Shown here one piece after another: positions 54,113 through 64,000 of a stretch of DNA of 64,000 bases (position 1 is its first letter; every line of letters starts with the position of its first letter). The notes under the pieces are model-generated. The model searched no databases and was not told the origin of the DNA. It was given only the letters and a program-made list of their open reading frames with translations. The stretch lies in NCBI RefSeq assembly GCF_009914755.1, contig NC_060937.1; one strand, written 5' to 3'. The position numbers and the translations under genes are program-made. The stretch comes from the human T2T-CHM13v2.0 reference genome, Homo sapiens.

Positions 54113-56889
54113 TAATGTTTAAAATAAAACAAATTACTGATAAATTCCAAACTCCTTTGTTTCTTTGGTAGAATTCCTGAGAGGATGCGTTAATTCTCTT
54201 ATGCTTTTGAGGTGGGAAACACTGATAAATACATGCAAATCGAGTTGTCTGACACCCTTTTCAAAAGTCCACAGTCTATCTCCTCTTCTATCCTCTGCTG
54301 GAAGTGTCCAAAATGTAACCTTGTACTCCACTGCTAACCGCACTGAGGGATATTCCCTAGGATTCTGGCACCTCTGACCTCCTTAAATATAATGTGACTA
54401 CAGTGGCCTCTGCAGAGGCAGATGCAAGAAAGTTCATACCTCTTTGACTGCCCCTAACACAAAACTATTATAAATGCAACCAGACTTCAGTGAAGACTGG
54501 GGCAAGAGGGAATTATAATATAGGGCAAAACAAATAGAAGATGAAGTTAATACTACAGTTTTCAGAAAACAAAGAATACATTATTTAAATTGCATCATCC
54601 ATACATAAACCTCACATAACCTAGTTCCTGCTCTTCTTCTTTGTTTCAAAATCCATCTTTCTCTCCCTCCTTCTCATCAAAGAGAGAGTTTTTCCTCAAC
54701 CTCTCCTTTTACAAATAGTTTACCTTATTTAAGACATGCTCATTTCTATCTCACAGATTTTAATCTTATTCATCCAGGAAAATACAAGGAAGGCGATAAC
54801 CCATGGTGGTGCATTTGCCAAAACCTGAGGTAGTATGTCGAGAACAGCACACCAGAGTTTCAGCAAAACAAAACTGGGGCTGCCTAGTAGAAGACAGTGG
54901 AGGTGGGTTCAGCATGGCAGGTGCCCCATAGGATTAGTCTTCCAATGTCAGGTAAATATGTTTTTTAGTTCTTCCTGCAGTCTTCCAGTATCCTGAGAAT
55001 AAGTTTTAGATGAGAAATGTATATATCTACATACACACACATATATGCACACATACATGTACACATACATCTCTACATACACATACATAGATATAGCATG
55101 TATATCTACATTATGGAGAAATAAATCCTAAAGGTGAAAAGAAAAATCTGTTAGATTTCTTCTAAAACTGTCTACTATCATTGCAATCTCCAAGGGATAT
55201 ATTTTATTTTTATTCAAGTATTTTTATATACATTTGAAATATGTTTCTGAATAATATATATAGGAACTTCAAAGTTAACTTTCAATATTTTCTAATCAAT
55301 AAATTTCCTAATATTGATATGTGTGGCTAGAATTTTGTCTCAGTATCTTCCTTTAGGGTACAGATTTTACATTATGCAAGTGTCATATTTTTGTGAATGA
55401 CAATTCAACTTTTATCAAGACATTTATAAATTAGTAACTTAATAATTACTAATAATTTAATAATTACTAATTTATAAATAATTTAAGTGAATTACTGGTA
55501 TCTTGATATGGACTTACTAACAATTCATATGTTATCATCAATTGCATTGTAAAACAAGTGTTAATACCTCCTCTTTGCTGTGCAAATTCTTGCCACTAGA
55601 TACTTCTTACCCACAAATGTGGTAACCAACCTCAGTTCAGTGCATCTTTCTCTCTTTCCAGGAAATTATGTGATCTCTCTCTTCCATGACACCACAATCC
55701 TTTTGCAATAAAGGCTCAATTCCAAGTTATAAAAGATACTGATATTTGAATATTGATGTTTCCTATGTAATGTTAGTCAATCTCTCTCTTGAAAACAGGA
55801 AAATGTAAAGAATTCTTTTTTATTTTATTTGTTTTATTTTTTGTTTTGTGGAAATGCAAATCATTGTCTTATTTTAAAAAATCTGGAAACTAAAGGTGTG
55901 AGTTACACACGTCTTCTGGTTCATGTCCTATGTAGATACTATTTGATGCAGAGTGAAGTTTCGTGAAGTTTCTCTTGTGGATATATTCCCCATATGCATC
56001 TACTATAACACCTAGTTTATATCTTTTTTATACGAGAATTTTTCCATTTCTATTGTACTGGGTATAGATGCATTTTTATACATTTACATGAAACATACTC
56101 AAATAAAATGTCCGGCATAACTAACATTTTGTGCTATAAATTGTTCCAGCAAGTTGAGTGTTCGAGTAACTATAGAGCCCAGGACTTTAGATAATGTGCA
56201 CACATGTGTATTCGTGGGGCATTACTCACCTTACCATACCATTTGGGACTTTGAGAGACTACAAATATATGAAATAAACAAAAATGCTTATATAATTGTG
56301 CATTTTTGTCTGAATTACTAGTCTATCTTTTCTCTTTTATTTCTGACTCTTAGTACAGTCATGCAAAATTGACTTGAAAGTGTACAAGTTCGGACAAACT
56401 CTCAACATCATCAGCATACAGAAGAGAAGAAAGGAATCTAGAGAAAAAACAATAACAATAAAAACTCTGTCTTTACAAGACGCTATAGAGATTTTGATAA
56501 TATAAGACCACTAGATTTTTAATTAGGATTCCTGATATTTCAAAGATTTCTATTGCTTTCTAAGAATCCAAAATTCACAAAAAAATATAGAGTACAAAAA
56601 CAAAAGAACTTTTTTATATACACAGAAACAAATTACTTATATTTTAACTTGTAGTTTTTGAAATAAAAACACATTTGAGTACTTTAAATGCCACCTTTTT
56701 GCTTCACTCTCTGAGTGATATTTGCTTTTGGTTGACAATTGCATGACTATCCATCTCCTTTCTAAAATAATCCTAATTTTGTTCAGGTGGCAATAAGACC
56801 CAGCCCTAAAAGAGGAATACCAATTGGCCTAAACAATCATGGTCATCCCATTGCTTTCTACTTGCGGTCTGGAGTATGCATAAGATGTT

Positions 56890-58590
56890 CATTTGCATCA
56901 TCAATTTATTAAATATTTCTTACATATGTACTTGCTATATGCCAAAAACGGTACGCAGCAGTGAACAGTGCTATTAAATATCATGAGCTCACAATATATC
57001 CAATTAAATATATTGGAGCTCGCACTCAATGAGAGGAGAAATGCAATACATAAGTAAAAGATACAGTGTTTCAGATGATAATAAATGCTGTGGAAAAAGG
57101 TCATGAAAGGAAGGGGAAGAGAGATGGAAGGGGGCTGAGACAAGACTTAATGTAAGAGCATGACTAGTGTGTGTTAGGAATTAAAAGTGAACGTAGGAAG
57201 ACCTGAATAAATGAGGATGAGTAGATGAAAATAGAGATGAATAATAACAGGTGCTAGGTTGTGTAGAGATTTTGGCAATTTATCTAAGCAATACAGAAAC
57301 CCATTGGACGATATTGGCAGAGAAGTAATATAATTTGACTCCAATTTTAACATTCCCTTTTGTGCTGGAGATGTAAATAGACTCAAGTCAAGGCAGAGAT
57401 GGGTGAAGGAAGACACATGTTGAGGTCATTTCAATCATCTGTTTTAGAGAACTGGGTACTTTGGATTGGGCATTAGTTGAGTGGTGAGAAATATTCTTGA
57501 AGGAAAAGCTGACATTACATGTTTCTGGATTAGATGAGTATTGTGAAAGAAATAAATGAGTCAGAAACGATTCTAAAACCTTCAACTTGGTCAACTAGAA
57601 CTAAGAAGTGGACTTTACTGAGATGAGAAAGTTTGTAAGGATCAGAACAACATATTTTCGGTTTGGGTTATATTTCACTCGAGATGCTTGACTGCCAACT
57701 AGACATCAATAAAGAAACATTGCAAAGGCCATCAGACATACAAGTCTGAATGTCAGACAAAAGGCCTTGGTTACCCGTACAAATTTGGAAGTCATTAATG
57801 TATGAATGATATAAAAAGCCATGAGAAAGGATAAGATCACTAAAGAAACAAGTCTTGATAGTGTAGAAAGTTGGTAAAAGAACTGAGCCTTGAAGATCTC
57901 CAAAAGTCATATATCAGTAGGAGAAAGAGCCAGAAAATGATTTTGGAAAGCAATTGATACAGAAGATTATGATGTCCACACAGCCAAAGGAAATGAAATA
58001 ATGTCTTCAAGGTATTATTTCAAGAAACTGGGGGCCAACTTGATCAAATGCTGCAGAAAGTGGACATAAAATGAGACCTGATAATCAGCCATTGGATTTA
58101 GAAAATTGGCTATCCCTGATGACCTCACGGAAGGTTTTTGGGGGAAGTGATAAGGAGAAAGCTTGATTGAAAGGGATTTCTAACAAAGTAGTGGGATTGA
58201 ATGCAGTAAGTATAGGAAACAATTTCAAGATGCTTCACTCAAAAAAGGAATGGAGAAAAGGTAAATAGTTACAGAGGAAGTAGAGTCAAGATAGTTGTGC
58301 TTAATGTTTTCTAAGATGGAAAAAAAATAATAACATGTTTGCATGCCAATGGAAATGGTCCAAAGAAAGGGCAAAATTAATAATGTAGGAAATACAAAGA
58401 AGTATTTCTGGAATAATGTTCTCGGATAGGAAATTAGGAAAAAGAAATATTGGCTTTAGATGATAGACCATTCTGTTCATCCACAGTGACTGGCATATGA
58501 GTATATGAGCACAAATGCAAATGGATGAACAGACGTGTTCAGGCCAACTCTTAATATTGTTTTCATAAAATAAAGGCAAGATAGTACTTT
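56890..58590 (-). mobile_element. Long L2 (L2a-like) fragment
   Basis: Antisense L2 3' end (tcaatttattaaatatttctt...tacttgctatatgcc); minus ORF 57668-57910 gives a PQGSVL-like RT motif (LQGSVLLPTFY...GFLYHSYINDFQI). Confidence 0.8.
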
Positions 58591-61101
58591 TTCACCATTT
58601 AAAAATGTACAATAGTTCACAATGTCATGTAGAATTAGTGGAATTGTGGAAATACTCAATGATTAAAATAATATTTATTGAAGTCATGCTTTCTGCCACA
58701 TATTTTTCTAGACACTGGAGGTAAACTGGAAACAATGTTCCTACCTTTGCAAAAGTAGGAATAAACCCAAATATATCACAGGACACCTAGCAAAGCCAGC
58801 TTTCATAGGGAAATCAGGAGTAAGGTTCAGAGAGAGCAGACCCCTGGTCCACCAGTCTCAACATCTACAGAACCGGGGTTAGGGGAAGCGGGTGGTTTGA
58901 GGCCTTCTAGTGACTAACTTAAACATGTCATTCCAGATTCAACTTTCACTCTGTCTTTGTACACATACATAGCTTCAGTGACAGCAAATCTAACCACCTC
59001 AGACAAAACTACACCAACATTCCCAAGTGTACAGGTCTCTTTTTTTTTCATACTCTCTCCTCAGCCTCAAATACGCTTTTCCCCTTTTCATAGATTACCA
59101 ATATTTTAAGACCCATAACAAATAGCACCTTTCCAGCACCATATTTTCAAATAAAATGTATTATCTTAAGATTTACAATATGTTACTAATTGTACACAAT
59201 ATTTATTTATTCCAAATTGAAATCATTGATTCCATCAACATTTTCGGCACTAAATATTGAGCAGGCACTGGGCTAGGTACTGATGTTACACACAGAAAAG
59301 ACAGTCTCTCCCCTCATTAAGCATTTTTGATGTGCATTTTCTCACAAGCTCATTAACACCTCATTCATCTTTGCATTCCTCAGTGAACATCCCAGAGCAT
59401 CTTAAGCATGTAAAGTGTTGAACCATATCTCGGTGTCTACAGATGGAAAAGAGGATCCTAAAAGATATTAAGTGCTATGTGCTAGGCCTTGTGTAAGTAA
59501 GTGCTTTTATATAATATACTATTCACATCAAATAATTAGAACAATTTAGTATAACTAGCTTTCTGCTATGAAAATGGTGAGCATTTAGAAAGCAGCCATG
59601 AAGAATCAGGCTGAAAAATGCAATTTGTGGAGAGATGTGGAAAATCTTTGAAAAATAGGACTCTAGATTAAACTGAAAAATTTTGGAATAATGTGGCTGA
59701 ATAAGCTACCTTGCTAAACAATTCTTTATCTACTCTGTGTCTCAGTGGACAATGCAATCCCTTTTCTGTACACTAACTTATTTGTTAGTGTACCTTATAT
59801 AGATGCAGAATAAGTTCTTAAAAAAGTTTATAAACCTTATATTTTAAAGGGATAACAGTTATTGCGTCCATTTTCAACATACTTATTCCACAAAAACAAA
59901 GATATAATTAGATAATTATATCTTATATTTATAATACTTTATTCTGGCTTACTACTGGGTCAAATTGCAGATACTTTTCATAATACAATGCTCAAATAAA
60001 CTTCATGTATAATCTTATTAGTGTGCTGTTTTGAAAATGGTATTAAATCTTTAGAAGGAAGGTCAAAATTCAAATACAAGTCATTACTGATTATTGCACT
60101 TGAATAGCTAAATTAATATGCTGCAGGCATTACAACCTAAATCATAACCCAATTGAACTGATTATAAAGAGGCACTGATAAATGAGCTGTTTTAATAAGC
60201 ATTTATTTATGAATTTGTTATCAGAGTTTCTTCCATTAAAGTAAAATAATTAGAATGCTGAATCAGATCAAGATGACAGAGCTTCCAAGCAACATCTTTT
60301 CCTTTAGAAGAGAACACGAGAGTGTTTGGAAGAAAGTCAGGCAATGTTCTTTAATGAACACAAATTCCCTTTCGAATTATTCCATTGCTCAAAGAAAGAC
60401 AGTTATTTAATAAAAAGGCTTAGCTATAAACATCAGTCACAGTTTCATTCCTTATATGCAAAAAGGCAGTGAACAGGAGCTATATTTCTACTTTGACATT
60501 TAGGACTTTTTGTCTTGAAGTAGAGGCTATAAAGTTGAGAGGGTCATTTTGTTGTAAGCACCCAAGTGAAAACCATTATTTGATTACTATTTGTTAATGA
60601 GTTATATTAGAAGCTAAGCCAAAGACTGAAAAGGGAAATTCATAAAACCACTCAATTCCTGGGATCTTTGAGGTCACCAGGACTCTGAGCCTCAAAGCTG
60701 TCCTACGGATGTGTACATGCAGATTTCCCTGTCACGCCCAGCTGCCACAATGACAGACGCTGTGGAGATACACAGATGGCACTTCAATCTCACCATGATC
60801 TCTAGTTATCCTTCATCTATTTTCCTCCTCTAACTCATGATCCAGAACTCAGATCAACATGCTTTGCAGCTCATCGATGTTTTTGCAATTTGTATAAAAA
60901 TGTTAATATTTGACCAGTATTCTATTAGAAAATAATTATTTGCTCTCCTTTCAAAAGAGGAAAATGTCATCCAGTTTTTGAAATATTTCTACAGTTTAAT
61001 ATTTTGATATACCAAGGGTCTCTAATAAAGTTGACTCACACCATAAAGGCTGACATTTCAGTGTCATTGACTTACTACAAAATTATATATATTAAATTTC
61101 T

Positions 61102-61405
61102 TCTCTCTTTTTTTTTTTTTTTTGAGATGGAGTCTCATTCTGTCACCCAGGCTGGAGTGCACTGGCTTGATCTCGGCTAATCGCAACCTCTGCCTCCTGG
61201 GTTCAAGCAATTCTCCTGCCTCAGTCTCCTGAGTAGCTGGGACTACAGGCATATGTTACTACGCCCTGCTAAATTTTGTATTTTTAGTAGAGATGGGGTT
61301 TTGTTATATTGGACAGGCTGGTCTCAAATTTCCGACCTCAAGTGATGTGCCCACCTCAGCCTCCCAGAATGCTGGAATTACAGGCTTGAGCCACTGTGCC
61401 CAACC
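61102..61405 (-). mobile_element. Full-length AluS
   Basis: Poly(T) followed by an antisense Alu body; TSD-like taaatttct / taaagttct. Confidence 0.96.
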
Positions 61406-61414
61406 TAAAGTTCT

Positions 61415-61711
61415 AAAAAATATATATTAGAGAATATTATATGTAGCACATATATATCTATTATATTCATATGTATATATATATTATATATATACATATT
61501 ATAGATATACATGTTATAGATATACATATATATGTATATCTATTATATATACAAATATATGTATATCTATTATATATACACATATATGTATATCTATTAT
61601 ATATACATATATGTATATCTATTATATATACATATATGTATATATAATAGATATACATATATGTGTATATATATTATATATACACATATATGTATATATT
61701 ATTATATATAT
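61415..61711. repeat. TA-rich minisatellite with ~25-27-bp units (tacatatatgtatatctattatata-like)
   Basis: Read directly. Confidence 0.9.
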
Positions 61712-62010
61712 ATAGTTTAAGTTCATATACATTCTGTTGGTTACTTGCTATTTGGTTTTTCACGTGTCTATCGGAAGAAAAATTTAATTTGGAGGATACA
61801 CTCACTAAGATTACCTTTCATTAGAGGAGAAATTTCAAGATTTGTGACTCCTATAGCAATAGTTACATATTAAATCTTTCAAATCTATTTAAATTTCTTT
61901 CTTAAGCAGAGAGTGGGGAGAGTGGAAAATATATGTATTGTATTAGGTAGTTTATTTTAAAAGATGAGGTTTACTTTGCTCCCAGTTCTGCGGGCTGTAC
62001 AGAAAACATA
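61712..62010 (-). repeat. Inverted repeat, left arm (derived copy, 299 bp)
   Basis: Reverse complement of 62516-62814 with 4 mismatches. Confidence 0.97.
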
Positions 62011-62200
62011 TATATGTATGTATTATAATATATACATATATATACATGTATATAGACACATGTATATACTTGTGTCTATATACATGTATATATACATAGG
62101 TACATGTATATACATGTATATATTATAATACATATATGTGTGTGTGTGTGTGTGTGTATAGACAGATAGATAGATAGATAGATAGATAGATGGGGATATA
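62011..62200. repeat. TA-rich tract, then (TG)n and (GATA)n
   Basis: Read directly. Confidence 0.9.
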
Positions 62201-62204
62201 TAAA

Positions 62205-62587
62205 AAAACGAGATTTGGATGTGTGTCCCCACCCACATCTTATGTTCAGTTGTAATCCACAATGTTGGAAGTGGGGCCTGGGGGGTGTGATTGGATCATA
62301 AAGGTAGATTTCTCCTGAATGACTTAGCACCATCCCCTTGAAGCTGTCCTCGCAATAATGAGTAAGTTCTCGTGAGATCTTGTTGTTTAAAAGTGTGATA
62401 CCTCCCCTGCTGTTTCTCTCTTGCTCTTGCTCCAGCCATGTGAGAAGTCTTGCACCCCCTTTGCCTTCTGCCATGATTGGAAGCATCCTGAAGTCTCCCC
62501 AGAAGCAGAAGCCACTATGCTTTCTGTACAGCCTGCAGAACTGGGAGCAAAGTAAACCTCATCTTTTAAAATAAACTACCTAATACA
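62205..62587 (+). mobile_element. MSTA solo LTR with a short deletion near the 3' end
   Basis: tttggatgtgtgtcccc...gccatgattggaagc...ccccagaagcagaagccactatgc...gtacagcctgcagaac...taataca. Confidence 0.9.
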
Positions 62588-62814
62588 ATACATATATTTT
62601 CCACTCTCCCCACACTCTGCTTAAGAAAGAAATTTAAATAGATTTGAAGGATTTAATATGTAACTATTGCTATAGGAGTCACAAATCTTGAAATTTCTCC
62701 TCTAATGAAAGGTAATCTTAGTGAGTGTATCCTCCAAATTAAATTTTTCTTCCGATAGACACGTGAAAAACCAAATAGCAAGTAACCAACAGAATGTATA
62801 TGAACTTAAACTAT
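62516..62814 (+). repeat. Inverted repeat, right arm (donor: MSTA 3' end plus unique flank)
   Basis: Continuous with the MSTA body on its left and with unique DNA on its right. Confidence 0.97.
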
Positions 62815-62924
62815 TTTATTCATTTCATGTTAAGATTCAATTTTTTAATTCAGTTGTCATTTTTTTGTACTTTGCAATTTGTGTCACATGATCAATTCCC
62901 CAAATGACACCGGTAAACATGAAC

Positions 62925-64000
62925 GTCAGAGGAGGAAGAGGAGGAAGATGGGTGAATAGAACTCTTCACCAATCATCCTACACGTAGGAACACCAAATTT
63001 AACAGCTATCCACACAAAAAAAGCACCTTCATGAGAACCAAAAATCAGATGAGCACTCACAGTACCTGGTTTTAACTTCATATCACTGAAAGAGGCACTG
63101 AAGAGTGTAGGAGAGACAGTCTAGAAATGCCTACAGCACTCCTCCCCCATGCCCTGGCAGTAGCCACGTCGCACAGGGAGGGAATCTGTGTGCTTGGGGG
63201 AGGGAGAGCATAGTGATTGTGGGACTTTGCATTAGAACTCACTGCTTCCCTGTCACAGTGGAAAGCAACATGGGACAGAACTCAGATGATACCCATGGAG
63301 AAAGCATTTAGATGAGCCCTCACCAGTGGGGAATTGCCCAACCCAGTGGTTAGAACCTGAGCTCCAGTAAGCCTCGTCAGTGTGGGCTAAAGTGCTCTGG
63401 TGTTCTGAGTAAATCTGAAAGGCAGTCTAGGCCACAGGGACTGCAATTCCTTGGCAAGTCCTCGTGCTGCACTGGGTTTGAAGCCAGTGGACTTAGGGCA
63501 CACACAACCTAGTGAGATACCAGCTGGAGTGACCAAGAGAATGCTTGTGCCACCACTCCCCCAACCCCAGGCAGCGCATCTCACACCCCTGAGAGAGACT
63601 GCTTCTTTCTGTTTGATGAGCGGAGAAGGGAGAGTAAAGAGAACTTTGTCTTGCAACTTGGATATCAGTTCAGCCATAGTAGGATAGGGCATGAGGCAGA
63701 GTCCTGAAGGAGGCCCCCAATCCAGGCCCTAGATCCCGGATGACATTATTAGATACGCCCTGGGCCAGAAGGGAAACTGGTGCCTTAAAGGGAGGGATCT
63801 AGTCTTGGCAGGATTTATCACCTGCTGACTAAAGAGCCCTTGGGCCCTGAATAACCAGCAGCAGTACCAAGGCAGTACTTGTCATGAGCCTTGGGTGAGA
63901 CTAAGAGATGTGACGGCTTCAGGTATGACCGAGAAGATTCCTGGCTGTGGTGGCTATGGGAAAACACTCCCTTTGCCTGAGAAAAAAAATAAAGGGGACT
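62925..64000 (+). mobile_element. L1M1/L1MA-type 5'UTR running off the end of the window
   Basis: aagatgggtgaataga...cacagtacctggttttaacttcatatcactgaaagaggcactgaagag matches the recalled L1M1 5' end. Confidence 0.8.

Noticed and set aside
54826-54835. tgaggtagta matches the first 10 nt of let-7
   Set aside because: The match ends there and no complementary hairpin arm is evident.
61415-61711. Regularly spaced ~26-bp units resembling an array
   Set aside because: TA-derived minisatellite without unique spacers, in primate DNA; not CRISPR-like.

Overview
AT-rich, CpG-poor primate genomic DNA, most likely human or great ape (AluJ, AluS and AluY plus L1PA elements are present). It is intergenic or deep intronic. 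I cannot support any protein-coding exon, tRNA, rRNA or CRISPR array; the supplied ORFs are short chance ORFs or read through Alu, L1 or LTR sequence. Most recognisable content is interspersed repeats: about 11 Alus, primate and older L1 fragments, L2/MIR, solo LTRs (THE1, MST, MLT1, LTR28-like, ERVL), DNA transposon fossils (MER58B, MER53, MER44, MER96B-like, MARNA-like) and microsatellites. I found no convincing new biological system. The most notable signals are traces of local DNA rearrangement: (1) a 299-bp, ~98.7% identical inverted copy of nearby sequence inserted into a TA-repeat tract (61712-62814); (2) a ~390-bp direct copy of sequence from 1 kb upstream inserted into an MLT1 LTR (50737-52128); (3) a 5'-inverted L1PA that keeps its whole 5'UTR but lacks everything downstream of mid-ORF1; (4) nested Alu-in-Alu and L1-in-L1 insertions with readable target-site duplications (TSDs); (5) several perfect short hairpins with template-switch signatures. 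Repeat subfamily names come from recalled consensus sequences, and boundaries of old repeats are approximate.
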